DNA from: a virus
Lineage: Duplodnaviria > Caudoviricetes
DNA length: 57,305 bases
Virus record (IMG/VR): IMGVR_UViG_3300025120_000059
Coordinates: 1-57,305 of that record
Reading direction: 5' to 3' (one strand)
Positions 17,470 to 28,619 of the stretch are shown here, in pieces; positions within the stretch are counted from its first letter, which is position 1; each line of letters opens with the position of its first letter. The notes beneath the pieces were generated by a model, which was given only the letters and a program-made list of their open reading frames with translations, had not been told where the DNA came from and did not search any database. Position numbers and translations under genes: made by a program.

Positions 17470-19311
17470 ATGACAGAACTTAAAAAGTTTGATTTTAAAC
17501 AAGGCTTTAATAGAGAAACAACCCAGTATGCTGAAGAGGGTAGTTGGTTTGACGGTGATCGTGTACGTTTTCGTGCAGGTCGTCCTGAAAATTTAAGAGG
17601 TTATCAGACCAGAGCTTTGGCTGCTACTTTTGATGGTTCTGCCAGAGACTTAATTACATGGTCAGACAGTTCTGGAATAAGTAGGATTGTTTTTGGTACG
17701 CCTGATAAACTTTATGAACAAGATGGCGATCAGTTATATGACATTACGCCTATTGTTACTGCCGTTACACTGGCAAGCTGTTTTGGAACTTCTTCAGGTA
17801 GTACAAGAGTTTGTTGTTCCGATGCGGGACACAACCAGAAAGTTGGTAACTATGTTCTCTTCACTTCTTCCGCAGCTTTTAATGCTGTAAGTTTACAGGG
17901 AAATGTTTATCCTATAACATCAGTAGCAAGTGCTAATGTATTTACTATTAGTGTAAGCAGTGCTGCCAATGCAACTGGCAGTGATGTAGGATCAGCAACA
18001 TTTCAATATTATTTACCTACAGGTTTTTCTGTTGTAGCAGCGGGACTTGGTTATGGTGCTGCTTCTTTCCAAGCTACTGTCTGTGCTTCAAATACTAGAG
18101 CATGGAATCAGCCAGCATCAAGTGGTATTGCTTTTGATGTAACGCAGTGGAGCTTAGATAACTGGGGAGAAGATATTGTAGCTAATCGCAGTGGAAGTAA
18201 TATATTTTATTGGGATGTTGATAGTTCTACAATACCGGGTCAAGTACATGCTGCTTCTATAACAACCTCTCCTATTAGTGTAAACTCTATTCTTGTTTCT
18301 CCAAATGATAGACATCTTATTGCTTTTGGAACTAACGAATTTGCTGTTGATGCTACAGTAAGTGGTACTTTTAATCCTATGCTAGTTAGGTGGTCTGATC
18401 AAGATGATAAAAGTAATTGGGTTCCTGCTGCTAATACAACGGCTGGTGAAGTTGTACTAACTGATGGTACTAAAATTATAGGTGCAAAGCGTTCAAAGAA
18501 TGCTATTAATATTTGGACAGATAATTCTTTATGGACTATGGCTTTTGTTGGACCTCCCTTTACGTTTAGATTTACACAGGCTGGTAGTAATTGTGGTATG
18601 GTTGGACCTCATGCTGGTATTGATTTCAATGGTGTGACATACTGGATGGGCTTTGGTAACTTCTATAGATTTAGTGGGCAAGTAGAAACTTTACCCTGTA
18701 CAGTTCGTAGATTTATCTTTGATGATATTAATCAAAACTACTATACCAAAGTATATGCAGGAACCAACTCAGAGTTTAACGAAATCATTTGGTTATATCC
18801 TTCAGGCGATAGAACGGAGTGTGATAAATATGTTATCTACAATCCTGTTGATAATTATTGGGTATACGGTACTATGTTTTTTACTACTTTTGCTGATAAA
18901 GAAGTATTTGGAAATACCATCACAACAGGCGTTACGGCGGCAGGTAATAATATTTATAACAATGAGCCTGTCTCTGTATTTGTTGGTGCTAATAATGAAA
19001 CACTAAGTTCATTTGTTGAGTCTGCTGATTTTGATATTGCAGATGGTAATGCCATCATGTTTATGAACAGAGTTATTCCTGATTATGAAATGGTAAATGG
19101 TGGTAAAATTAAAATGAAGATTACTACTCAACAGTATCCAGAAGCTTCTGAGGAAGTTACAAAAGAATTTGATATTACAAATGCAACACAAAAGGTTGAC
19201 TTCAGAAGTAGAGGAAGGCAAGCTAAAGTTAGGGTGTCTTGTGATTCCAATGGTACGAGTTGGAGATGGGGATCACTTCGACTTGCACTACAGGGAGATG
19301 GTAGAAGATAA
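17470..19311 (+). CDS. Tail nozzle / tubular protein B-like
   Basis: 613 aa; WFDGDRVRFR, WSLDNWGE, VRWSDQ, terminal DGRR; precedes ejection proteins. Confidence 0.7.
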   Translation: MTELKKFDFKQGFNRETTQYAEEGSWFDGDRVRFRAGRPENLRGYQTRALAATFDGSARDLITWSDSSGISRIVFGTPDKLYEQDGDQLYDITPIVTAVTLASCFGTSSGSTRVCCSDAGHNQKVGNYVLFTSSAAFNAVSLQGNVYPITSVASANVFTISVSSAANATGSDVGSATFQYYLPTGFSVVAAGLGYGAASFQATVCASNTRAWNQPASSGIAFDVTQWSLDNWGEDIVANRSGSNIFYWDVDSSTIPGQVHAASITTSPISVNSILVSPNDRHLIAFGTNEFAVDATVSGTFNPMLVRWSDQDDKSNWVPAANTTAGEVVLTDGTKIIGAKRSKNAINIWTDNSLWTMAFVGPPFTFRFTQAGSNCGMVGPHAGIDFNGVTYWMGFGNFYRFSGQVETLPCTVRRFIFDDINQNYYTKVYAGTNSEFNEIIWLYPSGDRTECDKYVIYNPVDNYWVYGTMFFTTFADKEVFGNTITTGVTAAGNNIYNNEPVSVFVGANNETLSSFVESADFDIADGNAIMFMNRVIPDYEMVNGGKIKMKITTQQYPEASEEVTKEFDITNATQKVDFRSRGRQAKVRVSCDSNGTSWRWGSLRLALQGDGRR

Positions 19312-19586
19312 TGGCAAGATACCCTACTTTACCTTTTGTTATTAATAGTGATAGTATAGAAGATGCTTATAGTACAGTAAGAAATTGGGCATCTGCTTTG
19401 GTAAATGATTTGGATACAAGAGATACTCAGATAGACACAAAACCATCTACTAATATATTTACTGTTACTACAGTTACAGAAATAGGACGACCCAAGAAAG
19501 GCGATATAGCTTACTCAGTAAGTTCTGGTAAATTTAAAGGCTATGTAAGTCTTGGAGCAGAAACATCATGGCAGGATTTAAATTAA
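19311..19586 (+). CDS. Hypothetical tail-region protein
   Basis: 91 aa, translationally coupled. Confidence 0.6.
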   Translation: MARYPTLPFVINSDSIEDAYSTVRNWASALVNDLDTRDTQIDTKPSTNIFTVTTVTEIGRPKKGDIAYSVSSGKFKGYVSLGAETSWQDLN

Positions 19587-19792
19587 TGAACTCAATTAGC
19601 GATCATATGAAAATGATACAAAATAGTACTCTGTTAAAAAACTATAATACTGGTCAAGCTCTTGATCCTTCTAGATTTAGAATAGATCAAGCGCAAGAAC
19701 AATTTGGCAAAATGAATAAAATAGGGTATAATAGTAGTAACTTTATTGCAGATCAAACAGCATTGCAATCTAATTATGGGAAGTTAAAATAA
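19586..19792 (+). CDS. Hypothetical protein
   Basis: TAATG coupling at both ends. Confidence 0.55.
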   Translation: MNSISDHMKMIQNSTLLKNYNTGQALDPSRFRIDQAQEQFGKMNKIGYNSSNFIADQTALQSNYGKLK

Positions 19793-21189
19793 TGGCATTA
19801 AGAGAAATGATGGAAATGAAAGAAACAATGGGTAGTCAAGGAATGCCTGAAAGCCTTGATACTATGGCTGCTGTACGTAGTGGCGGTATGCCCCCACCTC
19901 CTCCGCAAGCACAGGGAATGATGCCTCCTGCCCCTTCTCCTGCAATGGCTCCACAAGCTATGCCACAACCAGCACCAGCAATGGGTGGTCCTGCCATGCC
20001 TCCTTCTGGTCTTGCTGGTATAGCTCCTCCTGTGGCTGCTCCTATGGCTCCTCAAGCTGAAACCGATCCTCTTAAAATTATGGGAGGTATTGCCCTTGCT
20101 ACTTTGATGGAACGTGGTGAGAAAAAAAATATGTTTGAAAGTTTTACCAAAGCAGCAGAGGATAGAGGAATGTCTCTTCCATCTTCTGATAGTGGATTAA
20201 TGAGACTTGCCGCTGAAGGTGGTCCTGTACTTTATCGTAGAGATTCTGGTCCATTAAATACTGGTCCTACTAGAGATGAAATATTAAAACAAATGCAAGA
20301 CCTTGCAGTAGAATATGGAGTTGAAGGATCAGAATATGTTGCTGCTGGTCTGCCTAATATGATAAGTTTTCAATTAGGACAACCTCTTAACTTTGGAAAC
20401 AATCCTCGTATGCCGGGTGGCGGGTATGCGGAACTTTTGTATCGTCGAGGAGAAGGGCCGGGAGGATATCAGCCTAGAAGTGGTGGTGCAGCAGCTTTTG
20501 AATCTCAATATAATGCTTTGCTTAATCAGTTGCAAAATGTTAATAATAGACCAGCCGAACCTGCTAAACCTAAAGAATTTATTGGTATTGATGATGGAAG
20601 GTATGGAGGTTTAAACGATCCTAACCTACCATCATTTGATGCTGCACAACAAAGAAATCAATATAGATTGGCTACTGGTTTCTTTGAACAACCGCCGGGT
20701 CCAACTGTTAATACAGAAAGACTACTAACACAGGCATATGGTGAAGGCAGTCCTATTCTTTCAGAAATTATGCAGGGATTACAGCCCAGACGTAATCCTA
20801 ATGATTTTGAAACCGCACGGTTAGCCTATGCTAATCTACCAGATGTTCAGCTACCTCCTGAAGTTGAGGCTAAAAGTGGTGGTGGTTTATACGAGTTAGC
20901 TGCTGGTGGTGAGTTTGCTGGCAGAGTTCCCGGTGATGGTGGTGGTATGCAGGACAATGTATACATGCCTATCAAAGAAGGCGAAGAGCAAGTTGCTACT
21001 CTGGCTGTTAGTCCTACAGAATATGTTGTTGATAGTCATACAATGGCTGCGCTTGGTAATGGTAATCCTGATAAGGGTGCTGACTACATGGATGCTGTTG
21101 TTAAAGGTATACGACAAGAAGCTTATGGGACTGATGAACAGCCTAATGAAATTAATGGTTTGCAAACTCTTGTATCAATGATGGGTTAA
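19792..21189 (+). CDS. Probable internal virion protein (P/A/M-rich, xxGG motifs)
   Basis: AAEGGPV, AKSGGGL, AAGGEF; C-terminal VPGDGGGMQDNV...VSPTEYVV domain. Confidence 0.6.
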   Translation: MALREMMEMKETMGSQGMPESLDTMAAVRSGGMPPPPPQAQGMMPPAPSPAMAPQAMPQPAPAMGGPAMPPSGLAGIAPPVAAPMAPQAETDPLKIMGGIALATLMERGEKKNMFESFTKAAEDRGMSLPSSDSGLMRLAAEGGPVLYRRDSGPLNTGPTRDEILKQMQDLAVEYGVEGSEYVAAGLPNMISFQLGQPLNFGNNPRMPGGGYAELLYRRGEGPGGYQPRSGGAAAFESQYNALLNQLQNVNNRPAEPAKPKEFIGIDDGRYGGLNDPNLPSFDAAQQRNQYRLATGFFEQPPGPTVNTERLLTQAYGEGSPILSEIMQGLQPRRNPNDFETARLAYANLPDVQLPPEVEAKSGGGLYELAAGGEFAGRVPGDGGGMQDNVYMPIKEGEEQVATLAVSPTEYVVDSHTMAALGNGNPDKGADYMDAVVKGIRQEAYGTDEQPNEINGLQTLVSMMG

Positions 21190-21620
21190 TGAAGTTTATA
21201 AAAATACAACCACAATCAATAGAATTAATTTGGCCTCTGGTTAAAGACTTAGTTCAAAAACCAATAGATTTTAATCTTGGTGAGTTTAATTTAGAAGATG
21301 TATATAACTGGTTAACAAATGGATATATGCATTTATGGATTATAGGTAATGAAGAAGAGATATTAGTAGCAGTAGTTACAGAGTTTGTTACTTATCCAAG
21401 AGAAACTAGACTACGAATAGTTCTTGCCGGTGGTAAGAAAAATAATATGAATAGATGGTTTGATATTTTTTGGGATAAAGATTCTGAGATACATAAGTTT
21501 GCTAAGAAAAATAATGTAAAAAGATTTGAAGTGTGCGGTAGAGATGGTTGGCTTAGAGTTCTTGCAAAGGTTGGCTTTAAAAAGTTCTGCACTGTTTTAA
21601 CAAGGGAAGTGGAAATATGA
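21189..21620 (+). CDS. Acetyltransferase-fold-like virion assembly protein
   Basis: IVLAGG...FEVCGRDGWLRVL..GF; position equivalent to T7 gp13 / P22 gp14. Confidence 0.55.
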   Translation: MKFIKIQPQSIELIWPLVKDLVQKPIDFNLGEFNLEDVYNWLTNGYMHLWIIGNEEEILVAVVTEFVTYPRETRLRIVLAGGKKNNMNRWFDIFWDKDSEIHKFAKKNNVKRFEVCGRDGWLRVLAKVGFKKFCTVLTREVEI

Positions 21621-23995
21621 CTGTGAAACAAAATATTAAAATGTTTTTAGATGACTTATCTGTAAAGGATAAGATTGAAGTTCTTAAAGAACTTTATAAA
21701 GACATTGCAGAACTTGGTGTTGAGGGAGATACTGAGCTTGCCCATATTAATACCTTTGAAGCTAATCTTCTTAGAAAGTGTGGTGGTTCTGGTACGCTTA
21801 ATCCCAACACAGGTCTTCCTCAGTATAGTAAAGGTGGTGGTGGTACTCCGCAAGCTACCTTCCAGAACACTAATCAGTTCTCCAGAATACCTGATGAAGT
21901 AGCTCCCTTTGCTTCTGATGTTTTGACAGAGGCTCAAGATTATTATCGCATGATAATGAATCAGGGATATGATCCTTATACTGGTGCGGTAACTGCTCCT
22001 CAGACAGAAGAGCAAACAGAAGCACAGGCTGGCCTTGCTGCACTTGGCAGGGCAGGACAGGGAACTACTCTTCAACAGGAAGCTCTTGACCTACAGCGTC
22101 AGCAGGGAGAGAAGTTTACTCCTGAAGTAGCACAGGAATATATGTCTCCGTATCAGAGAGCAGTCACTGATATAGAAAAGAGAAAAGCTGTTGAAGACTT
22201 TGAACGTAATATTATGCCACAGTTTGAAGCACAGGCTGTACAGGCTGGTGGTATGTCTGGTCTTGGTTCACGGGCTGGTGTACAGGCTGGTATTCTTGGA
22301 GAAGGTTTGCAGACAAGGCTTGGAGATATTGAAGCTAAAGGATTGCAGTCATCTTTCCTTAATGCTCAACAGCAGTTTCAGAATCAAAAGCAACGGGAAG
22401 CAGGACAGGCAAGTCAGACTGCTGCACTTGGCCCTGCTATGTTTAGTCAAGGTCTTGCTCAACAGGGAGCCTTGCAAACTGTTGGTGAGCAGAAGCAGAA
22501 CCTTGCTCAGAAAGCTTTGGATGAACAATACTTTAAGTTTTTGGAACAGAAAGCATTTCCTGAAGAACAGCTTGCTAAGTATTCTGGGTTTGTCTATGGT
22601 AATCCCCTCTTGTCGCAGCGTGATGTAACCAGTACATCACAGGCTGGTCGTAACTTTAATGCACCTAGCAGTGGCGCACAGTTGCTTGGTACTGGTCTTG
22701 CTGCTGCTAATACATTCCGTCAGATTGCACCTCAGACTTTTGGTTCCTTTACTTCAGGAGTTGGTAGTGTATTTGGTAAAACTGGTGGTGGTTTGTCTGA
22801 TATTATTGAAAGGCAAGATGGTGGTAATTTAACTGCTTATGAAGCTTCACGTAAAAGATTAGCAAATCTTCCTCAGTTTAATAATAGAGAAACTGGTAGA
22901 GCTAGAGCAGCAAGAGAAAAAATAGAAACAGACGAAGCACGAAACTTACTGTATACTCCTGCATCTGATTTTACAGGACTAGAAACAGGACCACTTCCAG
23001 AACCTTCTATATCTCCAGAAGATTTAATTAAACTAGCAGAAAGAACTCCTAGCGAAGCTCCTTCTGGTATTGATGTTGAACTTTATAATAGGTTTGGAGA
23101 TAGAAATCGACTTACTCAAGATCAGATTGATGCAAGAATGCGGCCTGATATGTATGACCCTGATGTTGTAAGAAGACGGGCCGAAGAAAGAGAACGTAGA
23201 AGAGAAGGCTTCTATGGTAAGTCTGATAAAGAAAGAAGAGCTTTTAATAAGAGTATGGCTGATCGTCGCAGGGCTGAGAGAGATGCTGACTATCAACGTA
23301 GAAGAGAACTTATTGGTGAGGCTGATCCTATAGGAACTCTTCTGTCACAGTTATCTCAGAGCCTTCTAAGAACAAGAGACTATGACGAAACAACTGGTAT
23401 AGGTGCTAGACTTGCTGAAGGTCTTGGCAATACAACCTCTAGACTAAGCGAAGCAGATAAAGAACGTAGAGCAAAGCTTCTTAAAGTTGAGGATGAGTTT
23501 GGAAGAAGAAGAGCCGAAGAGTCTGAGAAAGAGTTTGAGGCTGAAGGTCAGCTATTGTCCAGAGGAGAAGAGCGTGAAGCACTGGCACTGGCAAGAGAGT
23601 TTAAGCTTGAAGATAAGATACTTGACCTACCGTATGCTAAACAGCGTAAGGCACTTGAGCTTATCAATGCTGGTCTGAAAGGTGAGAAGCTTAAAGCAGA
23701 GATTGAAAAACTAAAAGCTGAAGCAAAAGCAGAAGGTACAACTGAATTAAGTCCTACTGAAACTAATGCTCTTATAAAAATGTTTGATAGTAATAATGCC
23801 GCAGTTTTTGGACAAGCTTTTATTGATGGAAAACCATTTCCTGAAATTGAAGCAGACTTAAACAAAGCTAGACAAAAAGCTATAGAAGTTGCTAATACAC
23901 GAGGCATCCAAGCGGCAAATGAAGAATACATGAAGATAGCTCAACGAATAAAAGATGCTTATAACGCAGGACAATATAGTAAAAATAAGGTATAA
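21617..23995 (+). CDS. DNA ejection / pilot protein
   Basis: GDTELAHIN...NPNTGLPQY-SKGGGG N-terminus, YMSPYQ..V and GLGSRAGV motifs, Q/A-rich helical body. Confidence 0.7.
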   Translation: MTVKQNIKMFLDDLSVKDKIEVLKELYKDIAELGVEGDTELAHINTFEANLLRKCGGSGTLNPNTGLPQYSKGGGGTPQATFQNTNQFSRIPDEVAPFASDVLTEAQDYYRMIMNQGYDPYTGAVTAPQTEEQTEAQAGLAALGRAGQGTTLQQEALDLQRQQGEKFTPEVAQEYMSPYQRAVTDIEKRKAVEDFERNIMPQFEAQAVQAGGMSGLGSRAGVQAGILGEGLQTRLGDIEAKGLQSSFLNAQQQFQNQKQREAGQASQTAALGPAMFSQGLAQQGALQTVGEQKQNLAQKALDEQYFKFLEQKAFPEEQLAKYSGFVYGNPLLSQRDVTSTSQAGRNFNAPSSGAQLLGTGLAAANTFRQIAPQTFGSFTSGVGSVFGKTGGGLSDIIERQDGGNLTAYEASRKRLANLPQFNNRETGRARAAREKIETDEARNLLYTPASDFTGLETGPLPEPSISPEDLIKLAERTPSEAPSGIDVELYNRFGDRNRLTQDQIDARMRPDMYDPDVVRRRAEERERRREGFYGKSDKERRAFNKSMADRRRAERDADYQRRRELIGEADPIGTLLSQLSQSLLRTRDYDETTGIGARLAEGLGNTTSRLSEADKERRAKLLKVEDEFGRRRAEESEKEFEAEGQLLSRGEEREALALAREFKLEDKILDLPYAKQRKALELINAGLKGEKLKAEIEKLKAEAKAEGTTELSPTETNALIKMFDSNNAAVFGQAFIDGKPFPEIEADLNKARQKAIEVANTRGIQAANEEYMKIAQRIKDAYNAGQYSKNKV

Positions 23996-23999
23996 TTAA

Positions 24000-26900
24000 A
24001 TGGCAACTAACTTTAGTATTTTTACTGAGGAACAAACTAGTCCTGCTGAAAATGTTTTACCAGAAAACCAGACACAATCTTCTGGAAACTTTTCTATATT
24101 TAACACTACTGAACAAACTCAACAGGCACCTACAAAAACTAAGGAGCCTGAACAATCTACTATGGATAATCTTGTTAAGAATCAGGGCTGGTTGAAAGAT
24201 GCTAAGACTATCTATAAGCATGAGAAGGGTGAGGACTATAAAGGTTCTGACAAAGACTTAGACTATTGGTTTAGGAATAGGCACTCTCGCTTTGGTAATG
24301 ACCTAACTAATTTAGGTATGACTGCTTATGATGCTGCTCAGTTAATGGATGACGATGTTAAACGTGCATGGGTTAATTCATTAGATACATGGGACAATAC
24401 AGAAGGCAGTCTTGGTTCTTTTGCAAACGCTGTCTTTCAAACTGTAACTGATCCTACAGCTATTGTAGGTGCAGGTAGTTTAGGTACAGGTCTTGCAGCA
24501 AGAGCGATTGGTAGAAAAGCTGCTCTTGATGGTTTTAAACAAACTTTAAAATCACAAATTAAAGATCAAGCTGTTAAACAAATTTCAAAAACAAAGGTTG
24601 GGAAAAAAGTTGCTGAAGAAGCTGCAAAGAAAGAAGCTGTAGAAAAAAGTGGTAAAAGAATAGCAGTAGAATTAGGTGCTATTGGTGCTGGTTATACTGC
24701 GTCAGATGATCTTATGTATCAATCTTTTAATATTGATACTCAGGAAGCTATGGAAGACCCTCAAGTAACCGAAACTGATTATCTACAAACTGCGGCTATG
24801 GCATTGGCAGGTGTTGGAATTGGCCTTGGACTTGCTGCCCCTTCTGTTGCGCTTAGAAAACTTGGTAGAAAAAGACAAGCTAGAAGAGAAGCAGCAGAGC
24901 AACAGCGTATAGTTGACGAACAGCCTAAAGTTCCTGAGACAACCAAGACATATTCTAAAGTTGATGGTTCTGTTGGTGCAAGAAATATAGCAGATCAGGC
25001 ACAGCAAGAACTAGAAGTAGATGGTGTTCTGAATATAGATATAGGTGAGGTTGTTCCCCTGCAAAATCTTAGAGAGATTAATGAGGAGCTTAATGCTGCT
25101 GGCTTTAGTGATCTTGCAAAAACAGGACCGGGTAAGTATGCTGCAACTAAACTAACTCAGTTACAATTCTTTAAACCAGAAAGTGCTAGTGTAGCTCGTA
25201 CACGTACAGAAAAAATACTAGGTCGTGTTGGTAAAGTATTTCGTTCTGATGCTGGTGTTACAGGAACTACATCTGAAGCACAACAACGTCTGTCAACTGG
25301 AAGACGTAGGATAGATAACTCTCGTCAACTTTCTGAAAGACAGATAGCAACATCTTTTGAAAATTTAAACAAAGCTGTTAGAAAAAACTTTGGTGTAAAA
25401 AATCTTAGTCCTATTCAGGCTAAATTAGTTAACGATGCTTTGCGTGGTCGTGAAGCAGCAGTACAAGAACTTGCAAAAAATGCACCTGATGTTTTAGAAC
25501 AGGTTCAAAAGATGAGAAATAATGTTACTTCTCTTCAGGAAGATTTGTTAGCAACAGGTGCAATTAGAGATGGTTCTAATCTAGAGACAAAGATTAAAAG
25601 TTCTATGGGTACAGGTGGCAAAGACGAACTATACCTGACAACTTCATATGAAAAGTTTGATAACCCTAATTGGGGTAAGGAAGTTACTACTCGTACAGGT
25701 AAGCGTGGTAAACCTATTGTTGTAGAAGCAAAAGAATATCTTCAGTCTCAGGCTAAGTCAAATAATAAAGCATTTGGTATTGCTATTGGTAAAAAAGAAC
25801 GAGGCATACCTCTAAATGCTAAAGATCAAGAAGTATATGATAGATTTATGTCTGAAGATGGAGAGATAAATAATACTATTGCTAAAATATTAGATACAAA
25901 CGAAGACGATGTGCTTAAAGTATTTTCTAATAATGCAATTATTAATAAGGCTAATGCTGCTAAAATTCTTAAAGGAAAGGAAGCTATTCCTGAAGAGATT
26001 AGAATGTTAATGGGTGAGTACGAAGACCCGTTTGTTAACTATGCAAGGACTGTTTCTAAACTAAATCAAACCATAGCAAACATTGATTATGAAAAAGATA
26101 TAGTTGCTCTTGCTAATAAAGGATTGATACAGGGAGTAAGAACTAGCAAGTCTTCTAGTAACGACTTTGTTCCTGTAGGAGATAGCTTACCACTAAGAAA
26201 AGATATTGATCCTAAGTTTGGTATGGATGATGTTGATACAGGTATAGGCGGCATCTATGCATATCCTGAAGTTGCTGCTGGTATTATTAATGGTAATGAA
26301 ATCTTTCAAACAACTATTAAACCACTGCAAGCTTACCTTGCATTGCAGGGCCATACCAGAGCAGCCAAGACTGTCTACAGTCCCACTGCTATTGCTCGTA
26401 ACTTTATAGGTGCAGGTTGGATGTCGGCTGGTGCTGGATATCTTAACCCACGTAACCTTAGTGAGATACCTAAAGTTATGAAGGGTCTTTATAGAATGAG
26501 TGATGAAGACCTTAATGCTGAAATGGAAAAAGGTATTGCTCTTGGTTATCTGCAAAGTGGTACAGATTTGGGTTCTTTCCGTGCAGCACTTAGTGATGCT
26601 GGTGATGCTTCTTTCTGGAACTTTACTAACAAAGCTTTGTCTGATAAAAATAGTCTGGCAAAAAGAGCTAAGAAGTTTAATGTTAGTGCTGTTAAATTCT
26701 ATCAGTCAATGGATGATATGTGGAAGCAGTATGCCTTTCTAAATGAGAAGGGAACTTACAGACAAGTTCTTGCTGATAAGGGTATTAATCCTGATGATGT
26801 TGTTAGAAGATTTAACAGTGCTGATGGTAAGCTTATTGAGATAACAGAGCTAGATGAGTATGCTGCTAATGAAGTTGCAAAGCATATGCAGAACTATGCT

Positions 26901-28235
26901 GGTGTACCACAGTTTGTTCGTACTGCCAGACTACTTCCAGCAGCAGACTTCTTTGCCTTCACCACAGAGATTATACGTACTCAGAAAAATATTATCAAGA
27001 CTGCTCTTAAAGATATAAAAGAAGGGCAGCAGTTAATGAGAACTGGTAAGGAAAATGCTGATGGTACATTGAAAGGTCAGGCACAATCTGTTGCTGGTCA
27101 GCGTAGACTTGGCTCTGTCATAGCTGCACAGTCTGCTGCACCTGCACTGGCCGCTGCTGGTTATGCAGTGACAGGTATGGATCAACCTGCCACAGATGAG
27201 AACGGTAAAGAACTGCCATATACAGTTAAGGAAGGTTATGAAGCCTTTGATCAGGAGTGGCAACGTGGTGCAGACTTCCTCTATCTTGGTGTGCCTGAAG
27301 ATGGCAAAGCCAGAAGAATTAATCTTAGTTATCTTAATCCGTGGTCCAAGACACAAGACCCTATTCGTGCTGGTATCAGAGCATTGTCTTCTGATAGTGA
27401 TATTGATAGTAGTCTTGACGAAGCTTTTGCTAGGTCTGTATGGCAACCTCTTAAAGAAACATTTGGTTTCTCCATGTTGGCTGATGCAGCACTAAGCATG
27501 GCGTTTAATGTGGATGAGTTTGGCAGACCTATCTTCAGAGAAACTGATACTGCTGGTGAGAAGTTCAGAAACGGAGTGGTCACAACTCTGGAAACATTTG
27601 AACCGGGACTTATTAAAACAGCAAGAGACTTCAGCACATCGCTTAATGCACCAGCTAAAGAAGTAAGAGATACTGTTTTGGGTAGCTATGGTACTCCTGT
27701 CGGCTTTACCAGAAGCGGTAGGATAAAAGCTTTTGACGAACAGATTGTTGGTCTGAGTGGTATTAAGCCAGAGACTATAGATATTAAAGATACACTTGGC
27801 TTTAAGCTCAGTGCCTTGAAACGAAACATGGGCGAGTCTAACAAAACTTTTCAGAGAGCATACCAACAAAGAACTCCTATAACATCCGATGAACTTGTTG
27901 AGGCGTATTCAGATGGTATAAGAAAAGAATATCAATATGCAAAAGAAATGTTTGATGTTATTACCAAAGCTAAAAGTATTGGTCTTTCAAATGCAGAGAT
28001 CATACGTGCTGTAACTGATGATGGGTTATTCAGTAAAAGACTTGATAAGAAGATGTTGTATAATCTAGTTAATCGTGGTGTGTTTGTTCCTGCACCACCT
28101 AAGATGAGTGACATCTACAAGTGGGGAATGTCCACAAAGAAACGTACAGGTTCTAAGCCGCCCATTGAAGAAGCTCAACAGGAAATATTTAAAATATATC
28201 GCCAGTATGCTGGTGCAAGTACAGGAGAAAGATAA
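24000..28235 (+). CDS. Large internal virion (ejection) protein
   Basis: 1411 aa, last structural gene; T7 gp16 / P22 gp16 positional equivalent; no enzyme motif recognised. Confidence 0.65.
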   Translation: MATNFSIFTEEQTSPAENVLPENQTQSSGNFSIFNTTEQTQQAPTKTKEPEQSTMDNLVKNQGWLKDAKTIYKHEKGEDYKGSDKDLDYWFRNRHSRFGNDLTNLGMTAYDAAQLMDDDVKRAWVNSLDTWDNTEGSLGSFANAVFQTVTDPTAIVGAGSLGTGLAARAIGRKAALDGFKQTLKSQIKDQAVKQISKTKVGKKVAEEAAKKEAVEKSGKRIAVELGAIGAGYTASDDLMYQSFNIDTQEAMEDPQVTETDYLQTAAMALAGVGIGLGLAAPSVALRKLGRKRQARREAAEQQRIVDEQPKVPETTKTYSKVDGSVGARNIADQAQQELEVDGVLNIDIGEVVPLQNLREINEELNAAGFSDLAKTGPGKYAATKLTQLQFFKPESASVARTRTEKILGRVGKVFRSDAGVTGTTSEAQQRLSTGRRRIDNSRQLSERQIATSFENLNKAVRKNFGVKNLSPIQAKLVNDALRGREAAVQELAKNAPDVLEQVQKMRNNVTSLQEDLLATGAIRDGSNLETKIKSSMGTGGKDELYLTTSYEKFDNPNWGKEVTTRTGKRGKPIVVEAKEYLQSQAKSNNKAFGIAIGKKERGIPLNAKDQEVYDRFMSEDGEINNTIAKILDTNEDDVLKVFSNNAIINKANAAKILKGKEAIPEEIRMLMGEYEDPFVNYARTVSKLNQTIANIDYEKDIVALANKGLIQGVRTSKSSSNDFVPVGDSLPLRKDIDPKFGMDDVDTGIGGIYAYPEVAAGIINGNEIFQTTIKPLQAYLALQGHTRAAKTVYSPTAIARNFIGAGWMSAGAGYLNPRNLSEIPKVMKGLYRMSDEDLNAEMEKGIALGYLQSGTDLGSFRAALSDAGDASFWNFTNKALSDKNSLAKRAKKFNVSAVKFYQSMDDMWKQYAFLNEKGTYRQVLADKGINPDDVVRRFNSADGKLIEITELDEYAANEVAKHMQNYAGVPQFVRTARLLPAADFFAFTTEIIRTQKNIIKTALKDIKEGQQLMRTGKENADGTLKGQAQSVAGQRRLGSVIAAQSAAPALAAAGYAVTGMDQPATDENGKELPYTVKEGYEAFDQEWQRGADFLYLGVPEDGKARRINLSYLNPWSKTQDPIRAGIRALSSDSDIDSSLDEAFARSVWQPLKETFGFSMLADAALSMAFNVDEFGRPIFRETDTAGEKFRNGVVTTLETFEPGLIKTARDFSTSLNAPAKEVRDTVLGSYGTPVGFTRSGRIKAFDEQIVGLSGIKPETIDIKDTLGFKLSALKRNMGESNKTFQRAYQQRTPITSDELVEAYSDGIRKEYQYAKEMFDVITKAKSIGLSNAEIIRAVTDDGLFSKRLDKKMLYNLVNRGVFVPAPPKMSDIYKWGMSTKKRTGSKPPIEEAQQEIFKIYRQYAGASTGER

Positions 28236-28619
28236 GTGTCTAACTGGGAATACTTTACTGAAGATGAGATGCGTTGTAAGGGTACTGGAGAGTGCCATAT
28301 GGATGAAGAGTTTATGGAAAAACTTATTCGTTTAAGAAAAGACTACGACAATCCAATGATTATATCTTCAGGTTACAGGGACATAGCGTATAATACTACA
28401 ATAGGTGGCTCACCTAACTCTGCACATATCTATGGTAAGGCTGCTGATATTTTAATTGGTGGTCACGAAGCTTTTAAACTACTACGTCTTGCTATTATAC
28501 ATGAGTTCAAGGGTATTGGTGTGTCTCAACGTGGCATGTATGAACGCCGCTTCTTGCACCTTGATACAATGGAAGATGGGGATCACCATCCTCGTCCGTG
28601 GTTATGGAGTTATAAGTAA
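28236..28619 (+). CDS. Peptidase M15A endolysin
   Basis: SSGYR, SAH..GKAAD, FLHLD Zn-binding motifs. Confidence 0.9.
   Translation: MSNWEYFTEDEMRCKGTGECHMDEEFMEKLIRLRKDYDNPMIISSGYRDIAYNTTIGGSPNSAHIYGKAADILIGGHEAFKLLRLAIIHEFKGIGVSQRGMYERRFLHLDTMEDGDHHPRPWLWSYK

Noticed and set aside
24000-28235. Large virion protein as an N4- or crAss-like virion RNA polymerase
   Set aside because: No recognisable polymerase motifs and much smaller than N4 vRNAP; only structure prediction could reopen this
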